From IMG/VR virus record IMGVR_UViG_3300025870_000004, positions 1 to 64,000 of that record: a stretch of DNA of 64,000 nt; one strand, given 5' to 3'. The position numbers and the translations under genes are program-made. This document shows positions 46,632 through 56,240 of the stretch, in pieces. Numbering within the stretch: the stretch's first letter is position 1; the number at the start of each line of letters is the position of its first letter. The DNA comes from a virus. Its lineage: Duplodnaviria > Caudoviricetes. The notes under the pieces are model-generated. The model was given only the letters and a program-made list of their open reading frames with translations. It did no database searches and was not told the origin of the DNA.

Positions 46632-46785
46632 ATCTTCCTAGTCGGTGAAGAAGACTCGCAATCTTACGAGACTCTTCCTCATCCAAACTATTACCATAGT
46701 TGTGCATATACACTTGTAGTGCTTTACGGATTGTTGCATAGTCATCTGGAGCGAAGACTGCACGAGGTCTTGAATTATCCGACAT
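46615..46785 (-). CDS. Small hypothetical protein (56 aa)
   Basis: MSDNSRPRAVFAPDDYATIRKALQVY...IASLLHRLGR; TAATG coupling. Confidence 0.55.
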   Translation of the reverse strand: MSDNSRPRAVFAPDDYATIRKALQVYMHNYGNSLDEEESRKIASLLHRLGRFGYEA

Positions 46786-46988
46786 TAGTCTTGCCGTTCA
46801 AAGTATTGAATACCTTCAGCAAGAATCAGAAAGATACCAGCTAGAAGACCAAGCCATGTGAAGTTGACAATATTAGTGCCAACCAATGCGCCACCAATAC
46901 AAACACCAACCATGTTAGATGCTGGTGTTTCGAAGAATGTTTTTATGTATTGGCGCATTGGTAGTAAGGTAAAATTCCAATATTCCAT
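46785..46988 (-). CDS. Small membrane protein (2 TM)
   Basis: Two hydrophobic segments. Confidence 0.5.
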   Translation of the reverse strand: MEYWNFTLLPMRQYIKTFFETPASNMVGVCIGGALVGTNIVNFTWLGLLAGIFLILAEGIQYFERQD

Positions 46989-46991
46989 ATT

Positions 46992-47210
46992 CTAATCCTC
47001 AATGTAGATGATTTTGGAATTCTGAACAACAACCAACTTGTCACCTTTGACGAAGTTGTTGGCACGCTTGTAGTAAGCGATGTCGGTGTTAGACAGACGG
47101 TCAAGAGAGAACCCCTCGTTCAGTCTGAAAAGACGATAGGTGTTGTTGTCGGCAGAAAGTTCAGGATGAACGTCCTGAAGGACTTGTTCGATTGTTACAG
47201 TTTCACTCAT
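46992..47210 (-). CDS. Hypothetical protein
   Basis: GGAG RBS just after the tRNA; start MSETVT. Confidence 0.55.
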   Translation of the reverse strand: MSETVTIEQVLQDVHPELSADNNTYRLFRLNEGFSLDRLSNTDIAYYKRANNFVKGDKLVVVQNSKIIYIED

Positions 47211-47225
47211 TATATGCTCCATGTT

Positions 47226-47302
47226 TGGTGAACGCACAGGGACTTGAACCCCGAACCTACAGCTTAGAAGGCTGTTGCTCTATCCAGTTGAGCTATGCGT
47301 CC
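47226..47302 (-). tRNA. trnR: tRNA-Arg (anticodon UCU), CCA encoded
   Basis: GGACGCA TAGCTCAACTGGATAGAGC A ACAGC CTTCTAA GCTGT AGGTT CGGGG TTCAAGT CCCTG TGCGTTC ACCA; full cloverleaf. Confidence 0.97.
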
Positions 47303-47314
47303 GATTGTTTTTAT

Positions 47315-47343
47315 ATAATAACACAATTGGTTGTCAAAGTCAA
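47315..47343 (-). promoter_or_regulatory. Sigma70-type promoter for the tRNA
   Basis: TTGACT-17 nt-TATTAT, 12 nt upstream of the tRNA. Confidence 0.75.
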
Positions 47344-47375
47344 GGACTTTATGTTGTTTTTTTCTGTTTTCTGTA

Positions 47376-47528
47376 TCAACGGGTTTTGTTAAATACTTTT
47401 TTCCAATATTTTGCATTAATTTCACGAGCAATACGAAGTTTCTCAATCATTTGAGGGTCAGTAATCTTTCCAGAAGTTATATCTTTTTCATAAGTTCGTA
47501 TGAAATATTTTACTTCTTTTATTTTCAT
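47376..47528 (-). CDS. Small basic hypothetical protein (50 aa)
   Basis: MKIKEVKYFIRTYEKDITSGKITDPQMIEKLRIAREINAKYWKKVFNKTR; ATGA overlap. Confidence 0.45.
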   Translation of the reverse strand: MKIKEVKYFIRTYEKDITSGKITDPQMIEKLRIAREINAKYWKKVFNKTR

Positions 47529-48160
47529 CTTTTCTTAGTCACTACGTTTATTTTTACGTTATCGGGAATGGGAATCTTAATCTTATCATGACCATAATAC
47601 AAATGGAAAGTGACATCATCAAATTCATTGAACATACCAATCCATACATGTCTCCAATTATCGTTCAGTCGAACCGTATTGGGTGTTGAACGGTCTGATT
47701 CTAATATCAAGTCTGTAAAACTCTCTAGGTTCATATCAAACAAACTATCGAAACCATAAATGTGAACCTCTGTTGCCTTCATCTTTTTACAGGCATAATG
47801 AACCGCAAAGTGACCACAGTTGAAATTGGTCGCCGCCTGTCCCATATTCTGCCCTTCTCGTGCTGCATACTCTGGAACTTCGAGATGAAACCCCTTGATG
47901 AGATGTGAGTATTTCATGTAGAATGTTCCGCTTTGTTCCATCCAAATCTTTGGACGATTACCCAGAACCCAATCATACATGTCAAGTTTGATTTGACCTT
48001 CTTGTAACGCCATCATCATCTTGAAATCAACCATACAGGTCGCCCAGACTTCCTTACGAGGAATAGACATAGGAGGCATATTACATACTAGTAATTTACC
48101 CTTCGTTCCTCTCTGGAACATACCAGCGCTATTTCCGTTACCTAATACGTTAACTCTCAT
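47525..48160 (-). CDS. Maf / sialyltransferase-like (GT29/GT42/DUF115-type fold) protein
   Basis: N-terminal VNVLGNGNS, VCN, and C-terminal NCGHFAVHYA...ATEVHIYGFD. Confidence 0.6.
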   Translation of the reverse strand: MRVNVLGNGNSAGMFQRGTKGKLLVCNMPPMSIPRKEVWATCMVDFKMMMALQEGQIKLDMYDWVLGNRPKIWMEQSGTFYMKYSHLIKGFHLEVPEYAAREGQNMGQAATNFNCGHFAVHYACKKMKATEVHIYGFDSLFDMNLESFTDLILESDRSTPNTVRLNDNWRHVWIGMFNEFDDVTFHLYYGHDKIKIPIPDNVKINVVTKKR

Positions 48161-48858
48161 TCATAGTCTCCATATCCGAACATCTCAATCTCATCACTAT
48201 ACTTTTCTGTAATCCATTTCTTCATGTGAGGTTGAATCAAATCGTTACTGTTTCTAATTCCCATCAGGTGCTTAAAACTTTTATTTCTATGAACACCCAA
48301 GTCGAGTTCGAACCCTAGATAATCATTTAGAATATGTATATCGTTTTTTAAGTTCTCAAACTTCATAATCGCGTCTGTATCTTTGACCCATGTTGATAAC
48401 GGGTGAACAAAGATGTGAGGCCATTGTTTCTCATGTTCTTCCTTCAACCAGTATTCGAAGTTGAAGTCATTCAGATAGTCTCCATCTTTCTCCCACACAG
48501 GGCCGTCCTTCATCACCCGATACAGAAACGCACCCATCAATCTATCCCACGGGTTTCGTATCACCGCAAAGATTTTGTAATCACGCCATTTCCCATTACG
48601 TTTCTCAAGAAGATGTCTCTCAAGGTGATGAGGATATTGTGCGAGGTCATGACTCTCCCGATGCGTCATCTTCTCAGAATGGAATGCAGGAGACCCGTCA
48701 TTCTCACCCTTGAGATTTCGTAGTTCTTGTGCGACTGCCTTACCTCTACCGATATGATAGTCGTTACCAAGAGTTCTTTCTAGTTCATCCTTGATGGTTG
48801 TTCCCGCAGATTTGGGAACATGGATGAACCCTATTTCTTTACTCGACGAGAGAAACAT
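48157..48858 (-). CDS. Sulfotransferase family 2
   Basis: 5'-PSB motif FIHVPKSAGTTI, 3'-PB motif FAVIRNPWDRL, KFENL, and Y..E.EMFGY. Confidence 0.85.
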   Translation of the reverse strand: MFLSSSKEIGFIHVPKSAGTTIKDELERTLGNDYHIGRGKAVAQELRNLKGENDGSPAFHSEKMTHRESHDLAQYPHHLERHLLEKRNGKWRDYKIFAVIRNPWDRLMGAFLYRVMKDGPVWEKDGDYLNDFNFEYWLKEEHEKQWPHIFVHPLSTWVKDTDAIMKFENLKNDIHILNDYLGFELDLGVHRNKSFKHLMGIRNSNDLIQPHMKKWITEKYSDEIEMFGYGDYE

Positions 48859-49255
48859 GTTTTCTATTCTCTAGGTGTTGTTCTTCAATGTCATCTTTGG
48901 ACTGACCCATGTAACGAACCGCATGGTGCTTCTCAATCATATAGTCATTGATTGATTGGTCTGCGTAGTTTGTGGTTCTCCACAACTCACCCAGAATACG
49001 ACCAAACTTACCCTTACCGTCTTTATGTGTTTTCAAAACAATACCACCTTCATCATCCAACAAACTAGTCAGAAAGTCCTTTGCAGCAAGACCATATTTC
49101 TTTTCTTCTAAGTCGCGAGTTCTCGATTCAGGAGTGTCGATACCATACATTCGAATACGTTGTTTACGCATCCACACACCAAAGCCGAGGTCGATATCAA
49201 CGTCAACTGTGTCGCCGTCAATAATCTTCACGACATTACATCTATATTCATACAT
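48839..49255 (-). CDS. Thermonuclease (SNase-like)
   Basis: KIIDGDTVDV, RIRMYGIDTPESR, GKFGRILG. Confidence 0.92.
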   Translation of the reverse strand: MYEYRCNVVKIIDGDTVDVDIDLGFGVWMRKQRIRMYGIDTPESRTRDLEEKKYGLAAKDFLTSLLDDEGGIVLKTHKDGKGKFGRILGELWRTTNYADQSINDYMIEKHHAVRYMGQSKDDIEEQHLENRKHVSLVE

Positions 49256-49898
49256 TCATTTGTTTCCTTATTGCTTGATTACCTTTTTCACCCGTGTGGT
49301 GAACAATTAGTGGCTTCCTCACCGCGATACCATCTTGATAGTCGATACGCAATGTATTATATGTGTGAGGTAATGGATTTATATATGCAAGTTTTTTCAA
49401 CTCATCTCCACCCATCATGAAGTAGAGAACCTCTTGGTCACCCTGAACTGGATTACGAACACAGTTACTTGCCCAGTCTCCAAGTATTGTAGGTGTTCCC
49501 TCGACCAGAACAACACCAGAATTATACCATTTACCCATCTCATTCCTTCGAGCAGTCCACGGTCTATCCTCTACCATACCAAGTTTGTTTGGTTCAGACA
49601 GGTCAAAGATATGTTCTATATTCCCTTTGATTTCACAATCAGTGTCAAGCCAACAAACCTTGTCAACATCTCTGAGACGTGAGGCTGTCAGTATCGCACG
49701 GGGTTTTTTGAACCAACCCTTTTCCTGCGATTTAATCTCAATGATTTGATACATTGATATATGACTTAACATCTCTTCGGACATACCAAAGTCAGCAATG
49801 ATGAGGTGACCTTCATTGTGTCGTTCAAAGTTATGAATGAACCACGGGAGTTGCCACTCTGTGTTGATATCACATCCAGTTAGAAATACTTCACGCAT
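49248..49898 (-). CDS. GT-A glycosyltransferase (GT8-like)
   Basis: WFKKP, CWLDTDCE, YNSGVV, GDQEVL, YN, IVHHTG. Confidence 0.75.
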   Translation of the reverse strand: MREVFLTGCDINTEWQLPWFIHNFERHNEGHLIIADFGMSEEMLSHISMYQIIEIKSQEKGWFKKPRAILTASRLRDVDKVCWLDTDCEIKGNIEHIFDLSEPNKLGMVEDRPWTARRNEMGKWYNSGVVLVEGTPTILGDWASNCVRNPVQGDQEVLYFMMGGDELKKLAYINPLPHTYNTLRIDYQDGIAVRKPLIVHHTGEKGNQAIRKQMNV

Positions 49899-50538
49899 CG
49901 ATAATCTTATACCCCTTCTTCCAGTTGTGCTTTGCGCGACAACCTTCTTCTACCTGAATCGTGGTGAAACTATCTTTCGCCTCTGCACAGAATGGATAGT
50001 ATTCCTGCAACCACGGGAAAGTATCAAGGTTCAGATACACATCAGTTGGTTTTGCGAACTTGGGTGCAGCCTCTACGAGTTTCTTCGCGCCTGCGGGCGT
50101 GACCATGTATGCGTGTGCGCCTGGAAAGTATTTCTTGGTTGTTAGTGGATTGATACCAAGAGTCTCTGGCGTATTCCAATTACCATATGATGGCGCACCA
50201 ATGTTCATCGCATACTGAAATGGTTGGGTTGGGAGGGGTGCGGTGATGACTGCATCGTGTTCAAAGATTGCGTAGGTCTCTTTGCCTAATGCACATTCTT
50301 TCCACAACGAATAGTGTGACAGGAATGCAGAGATACAATTCAGATTGCGAGAGTATCTCTCGTCAAATGCGCTTGGTGGAATACGTTCATATTCCAGTAG
50401 TTCGAGTGGTTCGTCATTAGGTGTGATAGCACGAAACCATTCTACAGTCACACCGTGTTTTTTACCTGACGCAATACATCGTTCTGCGACATCGATACTT
50501 GATGAATTGTTGATTAGTGTAATTACTTTTGCTTTCAT
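49891..50538 (-). CDS. Glycosyltransferase family 25
   Basis: AFLSHYSLWKEC, IFEHDA, GAHAYMVTPAGAKKLV. Confidence 0.85.
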   Translation of the reverse strand: MKAKVITLINNSSSIDVAERCIASGKKHGVTVEWFRAITPNDEPLELLEYERIPPSAFDERYSRNLNCISAFLSHYSLWKECALGKETYAIFEHDAVITAPLPTQPFQYAMNIGAPSYGNWNTPETLGINPLTTKKYFPGAHAYMVTPAGAKKLVEAAPKFAKPTDVYLNLDTFPWLQEYYPFCAEAKDSFTTIQVEEGCRAKHNWKKGYKIIDA

Positions 50539-51233
50539 GACGTTGTGGTTGAGACCAACCCCCTCTGAATAGTTGTGTAGTAAGGATAGACCACTTGCAT
50601 CCACGGAAAGAACTGTCTGTTCATGATTGCATCATTGGGCCACATTCCTACTTCCTTCACCTTCTTCAATACTTTCTTTGCACCTTTTGGTGTAACTATA
50701 TATGCAGAATTTCCAGCGAGTCCGTGAGGATAGTTGTCCTCAAGGTCTGGAACTGGTTGTAACCCCATACGCGAACTGACCTTCGAATGAAACAGACTCG
50801 CCTTTCGAGTTGCACCACGAGGGTCATTGAGTCCTACTATACCACCTTTGAACCCATCTGTCAAGTCCGAAAATCTAAACTTGCGAGTGAAGAGTGCATC
50901 GTGTTCCAGAACCATAATCGGTTCGTCAAGGTCGATTGACTTCTGCCACAGACGCATGTGACTCACCATACACGCAATACGATTCTGTAGGTCTGCGGTC
51001 TGATAGTGTTGAAGGTATAGTCCTGTCGCCATGTCCATACGGTCTTGACTTGCGTTGGTAGGGAATGTCCAGTCAAGTTTCAACCACATATCTTCTTCGA
51101 GTGACTCAGGCGTGGTCGCACGAAAGATTATCGGTTCAAGGTCTGAACCTGTATCATCGATAGACTTGACCACGCGATTAGATGCATCACGAGAGTCACG
51201 GTCATCAAGAAGAGTGATTATGTAGGCTTGCAT
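50535..51233 (-). CDS. Glycosyltransferase family 25
   Basis: ACMVSHMRLWQKS, VLEHDA, GNSAYIVTPKGAKKVL, PND. Confidence 0.85.
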   Translation of the reverse strand: MQAYIITLLDDRDSRDASNRVVKSIDDTGSDLEPIIFRATTPESLEEDMWLKLDWTFPTNASQDRMDMATGLYLQHYQTADLQNRIACMVSHMRLWQKSIDLDEPIMVLEHDALFTRKFRFSDLTDGFKGGIVGLNDPRGATRKASLFHSKVSSRMGLQPVPDLEDNYPHGLAGNSAYIVTPKGAKKVLKKVKEVGMWPNDAIMNRQFFPWMQVVYPYYTTIQRGLVSTTTS

Positions 51234-51966
51234 CTTTGTCTGGTATACCCCAAAAAAATTCATTTAGATATGCACCACCGATATATGAACGATGATATAG
51301 ATTATTAGGTTCTGATAAAACTTGATACCAACCCTCTTCAGCACCTTTTAATTTCTTATCCTTATATAGTTCATCAACTAAGTCACAATCCCAAGACTTA
51401 TATGGATGTATAATCAATGCGTCATTGATATAACATGTTGCCTTGTCTTGCATGGGATGAAGTTTATTGTAGGGTCTTCCACTCTTAATCACATTTATTG
51501 TATTAAATCCTATGGGAATTTCTTCATCATAAGATTGATTAATTTGTGAAGACCAATCAATTTGGTCAGAGACAATCGTATCAAACCGACTTCTAATTAC
51601 AATATCACACTTCGGAATATTCTTCATCATGTGATTGTGAATGAGTATCTGTTTGTGCCAATGAACTGCTTTGCGTTTGAAATCTATAAGTGAAGTGTGA
51701 AAGGCACCTCTTTTGATGTCTTCGTCAGACAAACTGAAGAAATATCTACGTTCAAGACTTTCTGCGTCTGGATAAGCTTCTGTATCAAGGACAGGATGAT
51801 ATGTAACCTCTGGCTCTTCCATCTTAAATGTTGAGTCATGGTCACAATCAGTATAAGTCATTGTATAGTAATTATTATGAGGAACAATTCTACGCAATCT
51901 TTCTGTGAAATCACACCAGTCCCCTTTCCACTTACCCGATACACACAATGAAACATCTATCGACAC
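51205..51966 (-). CDS. Putative glycan-modifying protein (D-I-V-I-R-x-R-F-D family), paralogue of 59545-60231
   Basis: VSLCVSG, EPEVTYHP, CDIVIRSRFD, KKLKGAEEGWYQVL. Confidence 0.55.
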   Translation of the reverse strand: MSIDVSLCVSGKWKGDWCDFTERLRRIVPHNNYYTMTYTDCDHDSTFKMEEPEVTYHPVLDTEAYPDAESLERRYFFSLSDEDIKRGAFHTSLIDFKRKAVHWHKQILIHNHMMKNIPKCDIVIRSRFDTIVSDQIDWSSQINQSYDEEIPIGFNTINVIKSGRPYNKLHPMQDKATCYINDALIIHPYKSWDCDLVDELYKDKKLKGAEEGWYQVLSEPNNLYHRSYIGGAYLNEFFWGIPDKDASLHNHSS

Positions 51967-53282
51967 AGGTAAGTCTCCAAGTCTTCAGGTGTTCCCAGAC
52001 CCCACATAGTATCAGCCTCATAGGTGTGTATTTGTTTACCATCTTTGATTGCGATGTTAAACACAGGACAAACATAGAATTCATTATTCACACGAATATC
52101 ATGGTAAATCATATCTTCGGCGTAGGTTACATAATCCTTACCACGTTTCCAGTAGTAGAACCCAACAGTCGCATTGTCACTGATAGGGTTCTTCTCTGCG
52201 ACCTCTACAACCATTCCCATACCATCGGTCTTTGCGTATGACCATTTAGGATGGGTTGCCTTGAAGGTAACGATACCTGCGTGTGCTTTCTTCTCGTTCA
52301 TCTTATACATGAAGTCAAGAACGTCCCACTCAACATACTGGTCAGAGTTCGCGATGAACAAGGGATATTCGTTGTCAATATATTCTTTTGCAAGAAGAGT
52401 TGTGCAGGCTGCACCTTCGGTCACACCATCGACCTCTACAATCTTACAGTTCGGTGCAATCAGGTTCAACATTGAGTCGAGGTTATATTGTTTGCGGTGT
52501 TCTTTTTGAACAACAAAGATATAGTTTGCATCAAACCCCAGATTATCCACAACCGTCTGAATCATAGGTTTACCCTCAACATCAATCAAGGGTTTGGGAA
52601 AGGTATACCCAGCATCGGCAAAACGACTCCCTGCCCCTGCCATCGGAATCAGGACATTGAGTTTATCATCTTTCCACTTCGGTTTCACGGGTTTACCTTT
52701 TATATTCTCTACTAGGTCAACGTTTACTTCTTCAGGTGAACTCACTCGTATCACATTCGCACCTGAACGATGAGCTGCGAGTAGACCTGTTGGAGAGTCC
52801 TCAATAATTATAGTCTCTTCGGGTAACACTCCACATTGAGACATTGCTTTCCAGTATATCTCTGGATGTGGTTTTGCGTGGTCTACATCATCAGCAGTAA
52901 TAAAAAATGAACATAGATGAATAACACCAATTCTGGATAGGCATTTCTCCACAGTTCTTTTAATCGCATTAGAGCATATTCCAATATCATAACCATCTTC
53001 CTTTAGTCGTAAGAACAAATCTATAATGTCATCGTTCTGTTGTATCGTATCTAATCTATCATATGTGTTCAGTTGTTTTTCTTCGAATATCTTTTTCGAC
53101 TCTGATTCAGAGTAACCCATACGAGATAGTTTGTCTTTGGTGGTCATACCATCATAGACTCTCAGGTGTTCCTCCTGAGTTATTGCACGGTCACCCAGTG
53201 CTTTGTTTAGTGCCTCGTAGTGGATATCCTTTGTATCAACCAGAACACCATCTAGGTCAAAGAGGACAAGTTTAATCGTCAT
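51957..53282 (-). CDS. HAD phosphatase - sugar/polyol-phosphate nucleotidyltransferase fusion
   Basis: FDLDGVLVD, KPHPEIY, IEDS; then IPMAGAGSRF..GYTFPKPLI, IANSDQ, VAEKNPIS, EFYVCPVFN, LGTPEDL. Confidence 0.9.
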   Translation of the reverse strand: MTIKLVLFDLDGVLVDTKDIHYEALNKALGDRAITQEEHLRVYDGMTTKDKLSRMGYSESESKKIFEEKQLNTYDRLDTIQQNDDIIDLFLRLKEDGYDIGICSNAIKRTVEKCLSRIGVIHLCSFFITADDVDHAKPHPEIYWKAMSQCGVLPEETIIIEDSPTGLLAAHRSGANVIRVSSPEEVNVDLVENIKGKPVKPKWKDDKLNVLIPMAGAGSRFADAGYTFPKPLIDVEGKPMIQTVVDNLGFDANYIFVVQKEHRKQYNLDSMLNLIAPNCKIVEVDGVTEGAACTTLLAKEYIDNEYPLFIANSDQYVEWDVLDFMYKMNEKKAHAGIVTFKATHPKWSYAKTDGMGMVVEVAEKNPISDNATVGFYYWKRGKDYVTYAEDMIYHDIRVNNEFYVCPVFNIAIKDGKQIHTYEADTMWGLGTPEDLETYLCR

Positions 53283-53868
53283 ATTTTATTCTAGGTGTCC
53301 GTTTGATTACTGTGTATCCAACCCGTTGAATATAGTGGTCAACAATACTCCATTCCTGTTCAATCTCAGTGATATAGTTAGCAATGATTGGGAACAGACC
53401 CTTCGAACTTTTGAAGTTCGCAGTATCGTGAAAGACGATATATTTCTTTACATGGGGTGCATGAAGCTTCAGTTCTTGTAACAGATGCTGGGGTTGATGC
53501 AGACTGTCGATGTGAAGGAGGTCAACCTCACTGATAGATGATTTGTCATGACTTGACATATTCTCATACGAAAAATCAATATTATTTTCTTCTGCGTATT
53601 TTTCGAAGTGCTTGATATATGGAAGGAAATCATGCGGTGCTATATCAATACCAGTAATTTTCTTAGGATTAGTCATCAACATTGCGGCAAGGGTAGCACC
53701 CTGACAGACACCCAGTTCTTTGATTGTCTCGGATTCCTTGGCACATTTGACCAATGCATTGTGGTGATGCATATATTCTTTTCCGTGTGACCCTTGTTGT
53801 GATTTTGTGATTTCTTTATAAAATTCTTTGATGTCTTTCACATAAGTGATATCATGTTTAACAGCCAT
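53272..53868 (-). CDS. Class I SAM methyltransferase (Methyltransf_24-like)
   Basis: ELGVCQG, GIDI, DLLHIDSLH, YIVFHDT. Confidence 0.8.
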   Translation of the reverse strand: MAVKHDITYVKDIKEFYKEITKSQQGSHGKEYMHHHNALVKCAKESETIKELGVCQGATLAAMLMTNPKKITGIDIAPHDFLPYIKHFEKYAEENNIDFSYENMSSHDKSSISEVDLLHIDSLHQPQHLLQELKLHAPHVKKYIVFHDTANFKSSKGLFPIIANYITEIEQEWSIVDHYIQRVGYTVIKRTPRIKYDD

Positions 53869-53871
53869 ATT

Positions 53872-54570
53872 CTAACTTCCTTTATGACTTAGATTCGGAT
53901 TTGTTTTTTGTAATTTTACAATACTTGGATTGAGTGCCTGTAGTTTCATAACTTTGCTGTTATATATGTAATCACTTTGGTCAAGTCCGTGTTTCTCGGC
54001 TGCCCGAAGTAACTTCTCAGCACCATAGGGAGTTAGGGCATAGGCAGAAGTGCCTGGTGTCATGTGTGCGCCAGTCCATCGATTGTTATGATAATACCTC
54101 AATGGATATTCGGTCGGAAACTCATATGTTACTTCAAGAGGAGGTGTGTATGATTGTTGCCAATTAGACCAAGATTTGTGGGCAAGAATAGAGGGTTTCT
54201 TAAATGCGTAATCGAAGGAGAGAAAAAGATAGTCCTCGAAGGAAGGTATATCACATTTACTAATTACCTGAATGTCATGTTCAAGAAAAATCATTGGTTC
54301 GCCCGCATTGATAACACGGGTCGCATGTCTTAGATTATTAAAGACACAAGACTTCTTGATAGGATACTTGCGTGGTTCATTCTTGGAGAAACACTCCAAC
54401 CGACCACTATTGATATTAGAATAAGAAAACTCATTATCGTCAAGAGTCTTAGGGGTAATACCAGAGATTGGTTCATAATCCCAATTGAATTTCTGAAGAG
54501 ACTTCTCTGCTATCTCTTTACATTGTTCACTGGCATTATTACCTTCAACATATATTAAAAATGATTTCAT
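53872..54570 (-). CDS. Glycosyltransferase family 25-like
   Basis: GITPKTL, SCVFNN, FLEHDI, GTSAYALTPYGAEKLL, QSD. Confidence 0.75.
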   Translation of the reverse strand: MKSFLIYVEGNNASEQCKEIAEKSLQKFNWDYEPISGITPKTLDDNEFSYSNINSGRLECFSKNEPRKYPIKKSCVFNNLRHATRVINAGEPMIFLEHDIQVISKCDIPSFEDYLFLSFDYAFKKPSILAHKSWSNWQQSYTPPLEVTYEFPTEYPLRYYHNNRWTGAHMTPGTSAYALTPYGAEKLLRAAEKHGLDQSDYIYNSKVMKLQALNPSIVKLQKTNPNLSHKGS

Positions 54571-55103
54571 TTTCTTTCCCACTTTACATACATTCTATTC
54601 TGGTCAGGCATAAACTCCGTGACCCTATAACCCGTTGCTTCTGAAAGCATTATATGATGATTTATATGCCATTTAAAGAAGGGAACTTCGTTCACATTCT
54701 TATTGTCATGGTCACGATGGCCTGGATTACATCTCCAGTAGATACGCGACTTATCTTTCATACAGAACTTAGTCAAGTTATCGATTTGTTTTGCAACATC
54801 CGTAAACTCACCAAAGTTAATACTACCTAGACAGAATGCAACATCAAACTTTTCGTCAGGTCGATAGTCTTCTATTGCTACTTGTTCGTCTGACCCAATG
54901 TCTGTAATATCGATACCATGTAAGTTTTTAAGGTGTCTTTTAAAAGGATTAACCCCACAACCCACGTCAAGCACAGATTCTGTATCATTAATTTCATCAA
55001 TCAATCTCCATCCAGTCCAGTAATAACTATCGAGTCCTGCGGTGCGAGAACTCGGCCAGTCATATGTGAAATAGTTCTTCAACCATTCTCTGTTGTATTC
55101 CAT
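54567..55103 (-). CDS. Class I SAM methyltransferase
   Basis: VLDVGCG, GIDI, KFDVAFCLGSINF. Confidence 0.8.
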   Translation of the reverse strand: MEYNREWLKNYFTYDWPSSRTAGLDSYYWTGWRLIDEINDTESVLDVGCGVNPFKRHLKNLHGIDITDIGSDEQVAIEDYRPDEKFDVAFCLGSINFGEFTDVAKQIDNLTKFCMKDKSRIYWRCNPGHRDHDNKNVNEVPFFKWHINHHIMLSEATGYRVTEFMPDQNRMYVKWERK

Positions 55104-55612
55104 ATGTAATAATCTCGCTTTCCGTCATTATGTTTTTCAAGTTCATGTTCTTGAACAAATTCCGTGATGAGAAGGTTCTGCATCTGTATCTGTTCTATCA
55201 TATTGTCATCGTCACGATACCACTTGTAGTCAGGATACTTGATATTCCAACCACCACATTGATGCCACCAATCGAAACATTCTTGGTTAGTTCTATATAC
55301 CAAATGAATAGGACAACCAAAGTCCATGAGATATGGTAAGTGATATGCAAATGTGTGAGACTTGATTACGCGAATGCCCTCACCACTGAAAGGTTCGTCC
55401 CAGTGTTTCTCTTCGTTTCTAAACTCCATGCCGGGGTCAAAGTATGCACCTCGATGCATCAGGTTCTTACAACCCTCACGACCACGCCAATACTCTCGTT
55501 CAGGTGACATATCTGTCTTGTCAAGGTCATCACGAGTGTATAGGTGGTCTTCTACATACCCACTCCAACGACTGCCTGGCGCACCTGTTACGAAGATATA
55601 CTTACCGTTCAT
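55079..55612 (-). CDS. Divergent sulfotransferase/P-loop-like protein
   Basis: YIFVTGAPGSRWS, VIKSH, IHLVYR. Confidence 0.55.
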   Translation of the reverse strand: MNGKYIFVTGAPGSRWSGYVEDHLYTRDDLDKTDMSPEREYWRGREGCKNLMHRGAYFDPGMEFRNEEKHWDEPFSGEGIRVIKSHTFAYHLPYLMDFGCPIHLVYRTNQECFDWWHQCGGWNIKYPDYKWYRDDDNMIEQIQMQNLLITEFVQEHELEKHNDGKRDYYIWNTTENG

Positions 55613-56240
55613 TCTTTGGTCTTATCCCATTCCATACTTGTTCATCAAGCCAGTGAGAGTCAACATGCTTTACATACTTCTCATTCTGGTTCTCACTGAT
55701 TGTCTTATTTATTCGTTCATCATCGTATGCAATTGGGAAGTCTAGAACCTTTGACAACCACTTCAGGTATGCACCGCCATAGAGATAGAGTGACTCGTGC
55801 GATAGAAAGTGTAGGTCTGCATCTAGATTGTAATAGTATTGTAGTGCAGTCGGCATCGTGACTTCTTTTCGAACTCGTCTCTGTTGCTCTTTATTGATAT
55901 TCTCTTCTCTTACAACGACACAGACTTTCACATCGTATCCCGCATTCTTCGCTTCGTTTACAACTTCTTGTATCTTCGGGACTTGTTTCACTCCGTCATA
56001 CACAAAAGGCACACTGACGTTTGCGACAATCGCAGAACCCTTCAACATACTCTTTGTCTTTGACGGGTCAACCCAGCACTCTGCAAAGGGTTCTTCGTCA
56101 CTTGGTATCCAATACTTGTCACCAAAGTCCCACCCATTCACATACGGATGATAACCAAGAACTTTACTGAATAGATGATTACCAGACCCTTGTGGGCCTG
56201 TGACTATCAGTAGTCTTTTATACTCTTTGTTGCCCGACAT
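55602..56240 (-). CDS. Divergent sulfotransferase/P-loop-like protein
   Basis: LLIVTGPQGSGNHLFSKVLGYHP, VVVR, FLSHESL. Confidence 0.55.
   Translation of the reverse strand: MSGNKEYKRLLIVTGPQGSGNHLFSKVLGYHPYVNGWDFGDKYWIPSDEEPFAECWVDPSKTKSMLKGSAIVANVSVPFVYDGVKQVPKIQEVVNEAKNAGYDVKVCVVVREENINKEQQRRVRKEVTMPTALQYYYNLDADLHFLSHESLYLYGGAYLKWLSKVLDFPIAYDDERINKTISENQNEKYVKHVDSHWLDEQVWNGIRPKNER

Noticed and set aside
47226-47302. tRNA as a prophage attachment site or host-phage junction
   Set aside because: No integrase or duplicated tRNA 3' end. Genes on both sides share the same promoter types and site-avoidance pattern.
53272-55103. The two methyltransferases as the DNA methylase behind the GCC pattern
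   Set aside because: They lack the C5-MTase PCQ/ENV motifs and the N6/N4 DPPY/SPPY motifs, and look like small-molecule or sugar methyltransferases.
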